Under the pieces are notes generated by a model. It searched no databases. It was not told where the DNA came from and saw only the letters and a list, made by a program, of their open reading frames with translations. From positions 11,721-75,720 of the IMG/VR virus record IMGVR_UViG_3300025849_002481: a stretch of 64,000 nucleotides of DNA; one strand, 5' to 3'. Every line of letters begins with the position of its first letter. Positions within the stretch are counted from its first letter, which is position 1. Below, piece by piece: positions 1 to 10,825 of the stretch. The stretch comes from a virus. Position numbers and translations under genes: made by a program.

Positions 1-1
1 G

Positions 2-310
2 TGCATCTTCATTAAAATCTAAATTGCAACCATACACACTAGCACTACTAGCATACTGTAAATTTACACCATTAGTATTACATTGATTAAATAACCATTT
101 TGAAAATTCATAATTTTGTAACATTACTTTATCTACATCACGTTCAGTAGTTGAACTAATTGCACCAAGATGTATTACCCAGTCGTATCCAGAAACATCT
201 GGTAATGAATTAAGGTTCCATTCGTAACCAAATAACTCGTTGTCTTTGTCAAGAAACGGAGCTAAATTTTTACCAATAAATCCTTCATGTCCTGTTATTA
301 ATATTTTCAT
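2..310 (-). CDS. hldD: ADP-L-glycero-D-manno-heptose 6-epimerase / NAD-dependent epimerase (truncated at window edge)
   Basis: Hand translation from ATG at 310: MKILITGHEGFIGKNL...VIHLGAISSTTE...YASSASVYG. Rossmann TGxxGFIG motif plus HldD-type motifs; directly downstream of hldE. Confidence 0.8.
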   Translation of the reverse strand, partial: MKILITGHEGFIGKNLAPFLDKDNELFGYEWNLNSLPDVSGYDWVIHLGAISSTTERDVDKVMLQNYEFSKWLFNQCNTNGVNLQYASSASVYGCNLDFNEDA

Positions 311-1448
311 TATTCGCTTCTATAATATCAGTTGTGCTATGACCTTCAACTGTAGGTATAATATGTACTGGTGCTAAGTCGTGTCCTACAATTTCAGGTA
401 CAGTATAATCGCCACCTTTAACAATAAGATCAGGTTTTAATGACTGTATCAATTCATATGGAGTGTCTTCTTCAAAAATAATAACTTCGTCAACATATGG
501 TATAAGTTCTAATTGCTCTTGACGCACATTAACATCGTTAATGGGTCTAGTTTTACCTTTTAAGCGTGACACGCTGGCATCGCTGTTAAGCCCTACAATA
601 AGTCTATCACCTAGTGTACGGGCTTCTTTAAGCAACGTAAGGTGTCCTTTATGTAGTATATCAAAACATCCGTTAGTAAAGATTATTTTCTTATTTAGAT
701 CTCTTTCTGTAAGTAAGTACGTACCTGAATGCTTAACAGATTCAGTTGATCCTCTAACAGCAATTTCTAGACAACGCTGATAATCATATCCTTTAGTAAG
801 TGCATATACAAATCCTGCTATGAAACAATCACCTGCTCCTGTAACATCTGATACTTCTACAGTATCTACAGGAATATTAAATTTTTGATTATCTATTACA
901 GCAACTACATCATTGCCAGCATTAGTTGTAATAATATTACCAAGCCATCTATTAAAATTAAATTGACCAAACTCACTATTATTAGGTTTTACTAACCACG
1001 CACCTTTAAAGTCGTCGGCTTGTCGTTTTGGATCTACTATAATCTTACATTTGGATGTATTGTTAATGTGATCAATTATTTGATTTGCTACATTCATCAT
1101 ACCTTTATTATAATCACTTAGTATAGCATAATCATACTGAGTGAAGTCGGTATCTTTTATTAAGCCAATTATGTCTTCGCCTTCTATAAACTTATCATCG
1201 TCAACTCTTGTAACATAATGACCGTCACACATAATACGAGTTTTTATACTTTTAGCATGAGGATATTCGAGTAGATCTACTTTAACATTTAAATTAGCAA
1301 GGTTATTATAAACTAGTCCTGCGCCACCATATGTTTCTACAACGCTTTCTTGATTAACTACAGGCACTGGTGCTTCAGGACTTAGTCGAGTTGAAGTCCC
1401 ATATATGTATTTGTCAATTATTATGTCGCCTATAACTATAATTTTCAT
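285..1448 (-). CDS. hldE: Bifunctional heptose-7-phosphate kinase / heptose-1-phosphate adenylyltransferase
   Basis: PfkB kinase domain (RLSPEAPVPVV, DVTGAGD) fused to a cytidylyltransferase-like domain (FTNGCFDILHKGH, VGLNSDAS, VKGGDY). Likely start MKIIVIGD at 1448. Confidence 0.92.
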   Translation of the reverse strand: MKIIVIGDIIIDKYIYGTSTRLSPEAPVPVVNQESVVETYGGAGLVYNNLANLNVKVDLLEYPHAKSIKTRIMCDGHYVTRVDDDKFIEGEDIIGLIKDTDFTQYDYAILSDYNKGMMNVANQIIDHINNTSKCKIIVDPKRQADDFKGAWLVKPNNSEFGQFNFNRWLGNIITTNAGNDVVAVIDNQKFNIPVDTVEVSDVTGAGDCFIAGFVYALTKGYDYQRCLEIAVRGSTESVKHSGTYLLTERDLNKKIIFTNGCFDILHKGHLTLLKEARTLGDRLIVGLNSDASVSRLKGKTRPINDVNVRQEQLELIPYVDEVIIFEEDTPYELIQSLKPDLIVKGGDYTVPEIVGHDLAPVHIIPTVEGHSTTDIIEANNENINNRT

Positions 1449-1475
1449 ATTACTATTATACACTAAAACTCTATA

Positions 1476-1910
1476 TTAGTCAAGCAAATTAATAACTTCA
1501 AATACAGTTTCTAGTTTTTTTAAATTAACTTTCTTGTTTAGTGTGTTTTGTAATCCGTAGTGTAAAGGCTTTGGCCATTTGCTAAAACTACACCATGCAT
1601 AACCGTCATGTTCTTTGTTTAATTGCGGAAGGAATTCTTTATCTACTAAGCATAGATATGTATGGAATTTAAATTTTGTATCATTAGATACAAATGTTTC
1701 TAATGGAATAGTTTTCTTTATGTTAACTTCACCAATCTCTTCGGATATTTCTCTACTAAGACCTTCCCAAGGAGTTTCAGCACCTTCATTTGTGCCACCA
1801 ACAAGACCCCATACGGCATTACTACGTTTTCCGTTTGATCGATGTAAAAATAAAAATCTTTGGGTACTTAAACTATAGAATAACGCACCACTGCACACAA
1901 TATTGTTCAT
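1476..1910 (-). CDS. NUDIX hydrolase
   Basis: Nudix box GGTNEGAETPWEGLSREISEEIG; likely start MNNIVCS at 1910. Confidence 0.85.
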   Translation of the reverse strand: MNNIVCSGALFYSLSTQRFLFLHRSNGKRSNAVWGLVGGTNEGAETPWEGLSREISEEIGEVNIKKTIPLETFVSNDTKFKFHTYLCLVDKEFLPQLNKEHDGYAWCSFSKWPKPLHYGLQNTLNKKVNLKKLETVFEVINLLD

Positions 1911-1923
1911 ACTAATATTTACA

Positions 1924-3558
1924 TTAGTATGCAAGTCTCCAAGTGCCATCTGGATATTCACCTTCAAACGAAAGTATCCATTCTGTTCCGGTCCATTTAT
2001 ATTGTTTTCTAGTAGTTAAATTGGTAACAAAAATTTCAGCTTTTTGTTCATTTGCTTTAACTATTCTTGACCAGTTAGACCCATCCCATTCAACAATATC
2101 ATTAATACTAGCAGCAAAGTCTGATCCGTCTGCATTTTTCCAGGCATCAGGACCGTCTTCATCTAAATATAGTTCATATTCAACTACATCGGTTATATTT
2201 AAAAAATCATTAAATCGTATTTGATAAGTATCAGCTGTAGAATCAACAGTAAAGTGTGTAGCATTTACAGATATACCATTAACAAACACCTTTGCACTTT
2301 CTACATCAGCAAAAGAATAGCCAGTATCATATTGTAAAATTTTATTGTCTGTAGTAAATTTACCTCGATGTACATGACCAACATTTCCTAGTAATAATAT
2401 TCTAGGATTTGTATTAGGTAATAATTGAGGATTTCCTTTTACAGGATCTATGATAGCATCAATACCAGTACTACCATTAATAACAGTGTCATCAGGTAAT
2501 GTGTCTGCATCTATATTTACACTTAGTATTGTTTCATCAAGAGGATTAATTGACACTGTACCAACTATTTCATAACCATTTGATCGTTGTAGTCGTAACT
2601 CAGTAATATCAGGTTGGAATAGCTGTGGCATCGATCGTATATAACCAGTCCAGGTTTCGGCACCTGTTTGTCCCATGCCAAGTAACTGTGCATTGTAACC
2701 GCCATTGCCGTCGTTCATAAAAATAAGATCGTAATTATTATGACTAGTAGTAACTAAAGTTGTTTCGCTAGTTAATGCTTCACGCTTACCTGTAATTTTA
2801 TTAGGTATAGCATCTTCCTCAGCATTTACTGGCGAATCTTTAACTAAACTTTGAGCATAAGCACTATCATCTATATTAATTTCTAATCCAGTATCATTAA
2901 ATATAGCTGTAATAATATTTTGGATGACTCCTAATTTTTTAACTTTAGCAGGAGGACTAATAAAGATTGGGCTTTTGAAAGTTAATGATGCAATATCAAT
3001 TTCACTTTCAACTCCGGATGGTATAGATCTAGAACTCCAAGTTACGTTTTCTAAATTAACTACACTAAGACTAGTCCAGTCAATATAGTTATCTGTAGTT
3101 TGTATTTCTAAACTTGGATTAAACAGCATTAATATTTGTTCCATAATTTGTAATTTTTGATCAGTATTACTTGACCAAATATCTACATTAACAGTAAGAT
3201 TATATGGAGTAGGCATTAAACGTTCTACAGTATAGTTTTTACCTTCAGTTTTTAAGTATTCAACACCGTCGGCATCTACAGCACGTTCTCTAATATTTAA
3301 TTTACTTACATAGCTACTATCACTTAGTCTAGAAGTATCCATTTCTAATCCAGTAACATATACACTCATACGAGGAGCACTTGGAAGTTTGTTTTCTGAA
3401 TTATCACGTATAATATTAGCAACTTGTCTAGTTAAGTCACCGTAACTAATAGGTACCTTACGTAATGTACCAGGTCCATCGGAATATGTAAACCCACTAA
3501 ACATGCGAACCATTTGTGTAAGATATCTTCTTATCTGTTTATCATAAAAATGTTGCAT
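1924..3558 (-). CDS. Tail completion / sheath stabiliser, T4 gp15-like with C-terminal extension
   Basis: N-terminus FYDKQIRRY...MF, KVPISYG, PRMS, PTPYNL, QIMEQIL..FNP typical of gp15; next to the neck genes. Confidence 0.75.
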   Translation of the reverse strand: MQHFYDKQIRRYLTQMVRMFSGFTYSDGPGTLRKVPISYGDLTRQVANIIRDNSENKLPSAPRMSVYVTGLEMDTSRLSDSSYVSKLNIRERAVDADGVEYLKTEGKNYTVERLMPTPYNLTVNVDIWSSNTDQKLQIMEQILMLFNPSLEIQTTDNYIDWTSLSVVNLENVTWSSRSIPSGVESEIDIASLTFKSPIFISPPAKVKKLGVIQNIITAIFNDTGLEINIDDSAYAQSLVKDSPVNAEEDAIPNKITGKREALTSETTLVTTSHNNYDLIFMNDGNGGYNAQLLGMGQTGAETWTGYIRSMPQLFQPDITELRLQRSNGYEIVGTVSINPLDETILSVNIDADTLPDDTVINGSTGIDAIIDPVKGNPQLLPNTNPRILLLGNVGHVHRGKFTTDNKILQYDTGYSFADVESAKVFVNGISVNATHFTVDSTADTYQIRFNDFLNITDVVEYELYLDEDGPDAWKNADGSDFAASINDIVEWDGSNWSRIVKANEQKAEIFVTNLTTRKQYKWTGTEWILSFEGEYPDGTWRLAY

Positions 3559-4661
3559 TAGTTATCTGCCTTCGGCTTAAGAGCCTGTGAAAGTCCTTGC
3601 TTCTCTTTGAATGTTTCTCCAGCTACAGTAGTAGTTGCATCGTCATTATTAATAAACGAACCTTTCTGGTTATTAGTAGTATTACTACCGTATAGGTCTG
3701 CACGTTGTACATCTTGTACTTTATTCCAACGGCCGTTTACATATTTAAATAGTCTATTAGGCATAAAATCAGTTCTCAAAAAATAATCATCATTTTCTGC
3801 ATTACTTGGAAAACTTATACCATGTCCAAATACTGTTTCACCGTTAGGTGGTAATGCTGTGCCAACTAAGTATCCGTCATATCCAGGACGATCCGGTGGC
3901 TTCATCTCACTTAAACCATCGGCATCCTTAGTACTACTTAATTCAGTTTCACCACTTTCACTTGTATTTAAAGTAAAGTAACTAGTAGTATCATACCCGC
4001 TTTGTTGAACTTCTTCAGTTGCTTCTGCTACAACAGCATTATTAATTTGCATTTCCTTTTCATAGGTTGAAAGTAAATCACGTAACGTGTTGTCACTACC
4101 TTCCTCTGCAGGAAGATCAAGTATATCTTTGTATTCTTGACCGTCATAAATTTGTTTTAATTTTACACGATATAAATGTGGATACCAAGTTTGGCTAAAT
4201 CCTTCTGCTGAACGATTAACATCTTCTACAACATAGTATCTTTTAAGAGCTACATTAAAATCATTTTCAGCATATTCATCTTTTAAGTGCGGAAATTCAA
4301 TAACATCGCCACTCATTATTTTTCTACCAAGAGTTTTTACTGAGCTGTTAATATGTATAGATAAAAATATTGTATCGTTACTTAAGAACAGACCAAACTG
4401 GCTTAGATCAAAATCGATATCTTGTACATTATAGATACCTCTAATAGTATAGATGTCTTCATCATACTTTCTATCTCTGTTTTCTAAAAACATCATATCT
4501 TGTATTTGAGTATGATCTTTTACAGTCTTGCCATCGTCAGTACCTATATACTTGTGTATATGTAAATCGGTACCACCTATGGTAAACATCTCAGATATCT
4601 GATTATCTAAAAATTTATAATCTTTGCTTTTAGTTGGTTTGTATAAACTTAATCTCGGCAT
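3558..4661 (-). CDS. Neck protein, gp14-like
   Basis: LSQFGLFL and SGDVIEFPHL motifs; divergent from the gp13-like gene; likely start MPRLSLY at 4661. Confidence 0.6.
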   Translation of the reverse strand: MPRLSLYKPTKSKDYKFLDNQISEMFTIGGTDLHIHKYIGTDDGKTVKDHTQIQDMMFLENRDRKYDEDIYTIRGIYNVQDIDFDLSQFGLFLSNDTIFLSIHINSSVKTLGRKIMSGDVIEFPHLKDEYAENDFNVALKRYYVVEDVNRSAEGFSQTWYPHLYRVKLKQIYDGQEYKDILDLPAEEGSDNTLRDLLSTYEKEMQINNAVVAEATEEVQQSGYDTTSYFTLNTSESGETELSSTKDADGLSEMKPPDRPGYDGYLVGTALPPNGETVFGHGISFPSNAENDDYFLRTDFMPNRLFKYVNGRWNKVQDVQRADLYGSNTTNNQKGSFINNDDATTTVAGETFKEKQGLSQALKPKADN

Positions 4662-4704
4662 AACTATATTTATCGATAAATACAAGTACGGAGAATATAA
4701 CATT

Positions 4705-5463
4705 ATGGCAGACTTAGCAACTAAAAAACAAAGTATTTTTGATTACGTTAGTGCAATGCTTGGCGGAGGTATGATCGATGTCGAACTTGATCCTATACAT
4801 TACCAAACAGCATTAAGCAAATCACTATCTAAATTTAGACAACGTAGTGATAACGCTGTTGAAGAGTCATATTTGTTTATGCCCACAGTTGAAGATCAAA
4901 ATACATATACATTGCCAAATGAAGTAATGGAAGTTAGACAAATATTTAGAAGAAGTATTGGTAGTAGGTCTGGCGGTGGCGATGGTGGAACAAACTTTGA
5001 ACCGTTTAACTTAGCGTACACTAATACCTATCTATTATCAAGTAGTAATATAGGTGGACTTGCAACGTATGATATGTTCAGTCAGTATCAAGAACTTGTA
5101 GGAAGAATGTTTGGTAGCTTTATTGAATTTAAATGGAATAATACTACAAAACAATTAACACTATTGCAAAGACCTAGAACAGAAGAAACATTAATGCTAT
5201 ATGCATACAACTATCGTCCAGATGAAGAATTACTAAGTGATTACTTAGCACAACAATGGATTAAAGATTATACTCTTGCTACATGTAAGTATATGCTAGG
5301 CGAAGCACGTTCAAAATTTGCTACTATTGCAGGACCACAAGGAGGATCAACTCTTAATGGTGACGCTCTTAAAAATGAAGCAATGCAGGAAATTGAAAAA
5401 CTAGAAAATGATGTAGGACTTGCTGTTGCAGGTGGCACTGGCTACGGATTCACAATAGGTTAA
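4705..5463 (+). CDS. Neck protein, gp13-like
   Basis: LGGGMIDVEL, WIKDYTLA..K...G..RSKF, GPQGG.TLNG motifs of gp13; start MADLAT at 4705. Confidence 0.8.
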   Translation: MADLATKKQSIFDYVSAMLGGGMIDVELDPIHYQTALSKSLSKFRQRSDNAVEESYLFMPTVEDQNTYTLPNEVMEVRQIFRRSIGSRSGGGDGGTNFEPFNLAYTNTYLLSSSNIGGLATYDMFSQYQELVGRMFGSFIEFKWNNTTKQLTLLQRPRTEETLMLYAYNYRPDEELLSDYLAQQWIKDYTLATCKYMLGEARSKFATIAGPQGGSTLNGDALKNEAMQEIEKLENDVGLAVAGGTGYGFTIG

Positions 5464-5530
5464 AAACATCCTGAGTTAACGCTAACGTTTTTGGTTCCTT
5501 GTAAATACAAAGTAACAAGGAGGTTCCATA

Positions 5531-5749
5531 ATGTGTAGTCCATTTGTACGTAAAGAAGCTAACCGACTAAACTGGTTGATCAAAGGTAAACTAATTGACA
5601 GATCCTGGAGTGATGAATCAGTTGAACAAATCTACGACTCATATTTTAAAAGACTTTGGGGTAATAACGAGAGAATGGAATACGGCGCCATAGGGTTTGA
5701 AGCCGCATACAAAGCTCGTGAAGCTGAAATATTATCTGAAAAAGGTTGA
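5531..5749 (+). CDS. Hypothetical phage protein
   Basis: 72-aa ORF with AGGAGG SD and an upstream TAAATA box. Confidence 0.65.
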   Translation: MCSPFVRKEANRLNWLIKGKLIDRSWSDESVEQIYDSYFKRLWGNNERMEYGAIGFEAAYKAREAEILSEKG

Positions 5750-5774
5750 CAACACTTACAAACTAAGCTATAAT
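5746..5774 (+). promoter_or_regulatory. Sigma70-type promoter
   Basis: TTGACA-17 bp-TATAAT upstream of the dNMP kinase gene. Confidence 0.8.
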
Positions 5775-5800
5775 ACAATTAAACCTAAGAGGAGTAATGT

Positions 5801-6361
5801 GTGTTACCAAAGCTACTAGTTGTAGGCCACGGCCGTCACGGCAAAGATACTGTTTGTGAAATGCTTGAACGATACGGATATACGTTTCAATCAAGTTCTA
5901 AATTTTGTTCAAAACTTTTTATCTATAACGATTTAAAAGAACAGTATAGTTATGCTGATGAAGAAGAATGTTATGCTGATAGACATAATCATCGAACTGA
6001 ATGGTATAACATGATACATAATTACTGTAAAGATGACTTAGCAAAATTAGGACGCAACTTATTTTCAGAAAACAATATCTATTGTGGATTACGCAATAAA
6101 CGTGAATTTTTTGCAATGCAAAACGAAGAAATATTTGATTATGCTATTTGGGTAGATCGAACAGATCATTTACCTACAGAAGATCCTAGTTCGATGAGTA
6201 TTGAACAATGGATGTGTGATTATACTATTGACAATAATGGTAATCTACAAAGACTAGAAAAGAATGTAGATATTCTTATTAATACCATATTTAAAAATCA
6301 GGGACTAGATCCCCTTGTTTCCACCGCACTCCTTCAACTTGAAGAATCCGTTGACAGTTAG
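5801..6361 (+). CDS. Deoxynucleoside monophosphate kinase-like P-loop protein
   Basis: GHGRHGKDT P-loop, C-terminal DYTIDNNGNL; syntenic position between neck and sheath genes. Confidence 0.7.
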   Translation: MLPKLLVVGHGRHGKDTVCEMLERYGYTFQSSSKFCSKLFIYNDLKEQYSYADEEECYADRHNHRTEWYNMIHNYCKDDLAKLGRNLFSENNIYCGLRNKREFFAMQNEEIFDYAIWVDRTDHLPTEDPSSMSIEQWMCDYTIDNNGNLQRLEKNVDILINTIFKNQGLDPLVSTALLQLEESVDS

Positions 6362-6626
6362 CACATATAGTTTTTAGATTACTAGGACGGCAGTTTTCCA
6401 AATTACCGTCTATATGGAAAACATTAAACTGTTCTGAGTGCTTACTTTTAAATCCACACTTTTCACAATTACGTTTCTTTTCATAGCCTCGTTGTTTCCA
6501 CTTAGGTATTCCATTACCTTTACCATTACGCAAACAACTTTCACATAGCTTACGATAATACGTTTTATTACCTTTTTTGTAATTTATAGCTGCAGGCTTT
6601 TGTCCACATGTGCATAATGGTCTCAT
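6291..6626 (-). CDS. HNH-fold zinc-binding protein
   Basis: CEKCGF...VFHIDGNLENCRPSNLKTICANC. Confidence 0.75.
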   Translation of the reverse strand: MRPLCTCGQKPAAINYKKGNKTYYRKLCESCLRNGKGNGIPKWKQRGYEKKRNCEKCGFKSKHSEQFNVFHIDGNLENCRPSNLKTICANCQRILQVEGVRWKQGDLVPDF

Positions 6627-6739
6627 ATTGTATTTAGCTCACCTTTTTGGTCCCTTTTTCTATGGTATAACAGCATCCTTTTCGTCTACATATGGTAAAT
6701 ACATGTAATAGAATACCCAATCCAGATAGGAGAAACAGA

Positions 6740-9700
6740 ATGGCATTAGTATCACCAGGTGTACAGGTTAGCGTAGTAGACGAAAGTTTTTACACACCCG
6801 CTGAACCAGGTACAGTACCAGTAATTTTTTGTGCAACGGCACAGGATAAAACAAATGCGTCAGGTTCAGGCACAGCACCAGGCACACTAGCACAGAGTGC
6901 AGGTAAGCCATATTTAATGACTTCGCAACGTGACCTAGCTGAAACATTTGGCGATCCAATTTTTCAAATTGACGCAAACAATAACCCAATACATGGCAGT
7001 GAACTTAACGAATATGGTTTACAAGCTGCATACTCTTTCTTAGGAGTAAGTAACAGAGCCTGGGTAGTAAGAGCAGACATTAATTTAGGTTCATTAGAAC
7101 CACAAGCTGCAGCACCAACAGCAGATCCAGTAGACGGAACATATTGGTTAGACACATCAAGTTCATTGTTTGGTATTCAAGAATGGAATAATGCCGCTAT
7201 AACAATTAACGGTGGTCAAACATTTACTAATAAAATTCCAAGAGTAATTACTAAAACAGCAGAAACAGAAGATGCAACAGACGACAATTTTGTTGTAGTT
7301 AAGCGTCCTTTATCATCAATTGGCGAAATTGGCGATTATGCAGTAGTTGCTGTTACTACACTTAATACATTTTGGTATAGAAATACATCAGGAGATTGGG
7401 TACAAGTAGGTAGTGATGCTTGGAGAGATTCATGGCCAACAGTACAAGGTACTAAATCAGCAGCACCAGCAGCTGGTACGTTTTTAATTAACGGTTCTTC
7501 AGTTAGTTGGTCAGCAGCTTCAAATATGACTGACGTTGCTACAGGTATTAACAATTCTGTTCCTTTAGGATACAGAGCAGCCGTAGTTAACGGAAAACTA
7601 GCTATCTTTAGTGATGGTACAGTAAGTGGCTCTGACTCATCTTTAGCAGGACCAGTTGTTATCAGTGAACAAGGCGGAACTACTACAATTGATGCATTAG
7701 GAATTGATGCAGCTACATATTATCCACCAGCACTACAAATTTCTGCGCATACAAGTGTACCAGAATTTAAAGCAACTGATACTTACAACAGACCTACTGG
7801 TAGTATTTGGATTAAAACAACTACACCAAATGCAGGCGCACGTTGGAGAGTTAAGCAGTGGAACAATAACACAAGACTATGGGCAGATATAGCAACACCA
7901 ATATATGATACAGCACAAGAAGCACTAGTACAACTTGATAGAACTGGCGGCGGTGAAAACTTATCAATTGGTGATTTATTTGCTGACAGCAATGTTGCAC
8001 AAGATGTACAACCATTAGGCACATTTAAAATTATGCGTAGAATGGCAGTTGGTTCAACTAGTATAAGAACTAATGCAACAGTAGATTCAGATTTTGTAGA
8101 CCAAGCTGTTCACAACTTCCAAATAGAAGCAACAGCACCGGGTGATGCTGCATTTAGCGCACCAACAACAATAGCGTTTACAGCAAATGATACTGGAGCT
8201 AAAACAGCAATAGCTATTGCTAGTGCAATTACAAATGCAGGTATTTCATATGTAAGTGCCGAAGTTGATAGCGAAAATAGAGTAATTATTAAACACGCTA
8301 AAGGCGGCGAGATGCGTTTAACAGACGGTCAAGGCGCATTTGCATGTTTTACAGCATTAGGCTTTACAGCATATGTTAGTACAGATTCAACTACTACACG
8401 TTTCTTAATGGACGAGCCAGGAGTTGATAACTCTTCAGGTACGCTACAATTTAGAGCAAGTAACTGGGTACCACTAACATATACACCAAGTGCAAATGCG
8501 GTAACACAAGCATCATTAGATGGAACACTTTGGTACAGTTCAATTGTTGACGAAGTTGATATTATGATTAACAATGGAACTAAATGGGTTGGATATCATA
8601 ACTTTAGTTCAGACTATGCAGACTGTGATCCAAAAGGACCGATTGTAAGTGCTACACAGCCAACTAAACAAAGTGATAGCGATGAACTAGAAGAAGGCGA
8701 TCTATGGCTTGACACAAGTGATTTAGAAAACTATCCAGTAATTTATCGTTACAGAAAACTTACTGATAAGTGGGTACTAATCGACAACGGAGATCAAACA
8801 ACTGAAAACGGCATACTATTTGGTGATGCACGTTGGGGAACATCAGGTGCTAATGGTAATACAAAAGCAACAATAGTTGATCTACTAACAGCTGACTACG
8901 TTGATTTTGATTGTCCAGATCCAGCGTTATATCCAAAAGGAATGATGTTGTTTAACACACGTAGAAGTGGATTCAATGTTAAGAAATATTACACTGATTA
9001 TGTAGACAGTGGCGCACAAAATGCTAGAATGAGTAACGAAGAGCAAAGTGCATACGGTTTAGCAGCTAACGGTGTATTCAATCGTTGGGTAACTGAATCA
9101 GCTAACCAAGTTGATGGTTCAGGTAGCTTTGGACGTAAAGCACAGCGTAAAGTTATTTTACAAGCAATGCAGTCAGTTATTAATGACAATGATGAAATTA
9201 GAGATGACGAGTCACGTATCTTTAACTTGATTAGTTCACCTGGATATCCTGAACTTATTGGTGAAATGGTTACATTAAACTATGATAGAGGATTAACAGG
9301 ATTTGTAGTTGGGGATAGTCCAGCAAGACTACTACCAAATGCAACATCACTTAACAATTGGGCAACTAACGCTAGACTAGCTGTTGAAGATAACGACGAC
9401 GGACTTGTTACACGTGACGAGTACCTAGGACTATTTTATCCATGGGGATTCACAAGTGATAATGTAGGTAATAACGTTGTTGTTCCACCAAGTCACATGA
9501 TGCTAAGAACTATTGCACTAAGTGATCAAGTTAGCTATCCATGGTTTGCACCAGCAGGTACAAGACGCGGCGGAGTTACAAATGCAAGTTCAACAGGTTA
9601 CATTAGTAGCGAAGGAGAATTTGTAAGTGTAGCACTAAACGAAGGTCAAAGAGATACATTATATGCACAAGGCGTTAATCCAATTACGTTTATTACAGGT

Positions 9701-10072
9701 GCAGGTCTTGTTAACTTTGGACAAAAAACTCGTGCAAGAGGATCAAGTGCATTAGATAGAATTAACGTATCACGCTTGGTTATCTATTTACGTAGTCAGT
9801 TAAATCAACTTGCTAAACCTTACATTTTTGAGCCAAATGATAAAATCACACGTGATGAAATTAAAGGTCAGGTCGAGAGCTTACTACTAGAACTTGTAGG
9901 ACAAAGAGCATTATATGACTTCCTAGTTGTATGTGATGAAACAAATAATACTCCAGCAAGAGTTGATAGAAACGAACTATATGTAGATGTTGCTATTGAA
10001 CCTGTTAAGAGTATTGAGTTTATTTACATTCCGCTACGTTTGAAAAACACTGGCGAGATAGCAGGACTTTAA
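6740..10072 (+). CDS. Tail sheath protein (gp18-like)
   Basis: MALVSPGVQV start; PPS, PWFAPAG.RRG, RINVSRL, FEPND, IEPVKSIEFIYI motifs; start at 6740 after AGGAG. Confidence 0.95.
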   Translation: MALVSPGVQVSVVDESFYTPAEPGTVPVIFCATAQDKTNASGSGTAPGTLAQSAGKPYLMTSQRDLAETFGDPIFQIDANNNPIHGSELNEYGLQAAYSFLGVSNRAWVVRADINLGSLEPQAAAPTADPVDGTYWLDTSSSLFGIQEWNNAAITINGGQTFTNKIPRVITKTAETEDATDDNFVVVKRPLSSIGEIGDYAVVAVTTLNTFWYRNTSGDWVQVGSDAWRDSWPTVQGTKSAAPAAGTFLINGSSVSWSAASNMTDVATGINNSVPLGYRAAVVNGKLAIFSDGTVSGSDSSLAGPVVISEQGGTTTIDALGIDAATYYPPALQISAHTSVPEFKATDTYNRPTGSIWIKTTTPNAGARWRVKQWNNNTRLWADIATPIYDTAQEALVQLDRTGGGENLSIGDLFADSNVAQDVQPLGTFKIMRRMAVGSTSIRTNATVDSDFVDQAVHNFQIEATAPGDAAFSAPTTIAFTANDTGAKTAIAIASAITNAGISYVSAEVDSENRVIIKHAKGGEMRLTDGQGAFACFTALGFTAYVSTDSTTTRFLMDEPGVDNSSGTLQFRASNWVPLTYTPSANAVTQASLDGTLWYSSIVDEVDIMINNGTKWVGYHNFSSDYADCDPKGPIVSATQPTKQSDSDELEEGDLWLDTSDLENYPVIYRYRKLTDKWVLIDNGDQTTENGILFGDARWGTSGANGNTKATIVDLLTADYVDFDCPDPALYPKGMMLFNTRRSGFNVKKYYTDYVDSGAQNARMSNEEQSAYGLAANGVFNRWVTESANQVDGSGSFGRKAQRKVILQAMQSVINDNDEIRDDESRIFNLISSPGYPELIGEMVTLNYDRGLTGFVVGDSPARLLPNATSLNNWATNARLAVEDNDDGLVTRDEYLGLFYPWGFTSDNVGNNVVVPPSHMMLRTIALSDQVSYPWFAPAGTRRGGVTNASSTGYISSEGEFVSVALNEGQRDTLYAQGVNPITFITGAGLVNFGQKTRARGSSALDRINVSRLVIYLRSQLNQLAKPYIFEPNDKITRDEIKGQVESLLLELVGQRALYDFLVVCDETNNTPARVDRNELYVDVAIEPVKSIEFIYIPLRLKNTGEIAGL

Positions 10073-10109
10073 TATGATAAATACATATAACAATTTAGGA
10101 GCAAAGTAA

Positions 10110-10736
10110 ATGGCAATTTCAACACTATCAAAAATTACAGTACCGTTAGCTAGTGGAGATTCCGCTAGTAACCAGGGCTTGTTGATGCCAAAGCTACAGT
10201 ATCGCTTTAGAGTGTCACTGGAAAACTTTGGTGTGTCAACACCGACAACAGAACTTACTAAACAAGTAATAGACATTACTCGTCCAACGGTTGCTTTTGA
10301 ACCGATGGAAATACATGCATACAATTCAAAAGCATACTTAGCAGGTAAGCACACATGGTCACCGATAACACTTAACTTACGTGAAGACGTAAATAATGCT
10401 GTACAAAAGCTAGTAGGCGAACAATTGCAGAAACAATTTGACTTCTACGAGCAATCAAGTGCAGCAAGTGGACAAGATTACAAGTTTACAACAAGACTTG
10501 AAATCTTAGACGGTGGTAATGGAGTACATACACCAAACGTACTGGAAACATTTGAACTATACGGATGTTTTGTTACTAACGCTAACTATAATACATTAGC
10601 ATATAGTAACAACGAACCAGTAACTGTTACATTAGAGATTCAATACGACAACGCAATCCAAACACCTACAGATACAGGTATTGGTACATCAGTTGGACGT
10701 ACACTAGGATCGCTAATTACAGGCGGCGGCGCTTAA
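10110..10736 (+). CDS. Tail tube protein
   Basis: Follows the sheath gene; YRFRV, YLAGKHTW..ITL, LYGCF, YDNA. Confidence 0.85.
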   Translation: MAISTLSKITVPLASGDSASNQGLLMPKLQYRFRVSLENFGVSTPTTELTKQVIDITRPTVAFEPMEIHAYNSKAYLAGKHTWSPITLNLREDVNNAVQKLVGEQLQKQFDFYEQSSAASGQDYKFTTRLEILDGGNGVHTPNVLETFELYGCFVTNANYNTLAYSNNEPVTVTLEIQYDNAIQTPTDTGIGTSVGRTLGSLITGGGA

Positions 10737-10759
10737 TACAATTTACTATACAATAGTTT

Positions 10760-10787
10760 AAAAAGGGGACTTTATGTTCCCTTTTTT
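10760..10787 (+). terminator. Rho-independent terminator, possibly bidirectional
   Basis: AAAAAGGGGAC-TTTAT-GTTCCCTTTTTT after the tube gene. Confidence 0.75.
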
Positions 10788-10825
10788 ATTATCTGCGTAC
10801 ATAATCTTTATTGATAAATATTAGT

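Noticed and set aside
6291-6626. HNH gene as a mobile homing element
   Set aside because: It is short, free-standing, has late-promoter geometry and interrupts no gene; there is no evidence of mobility.
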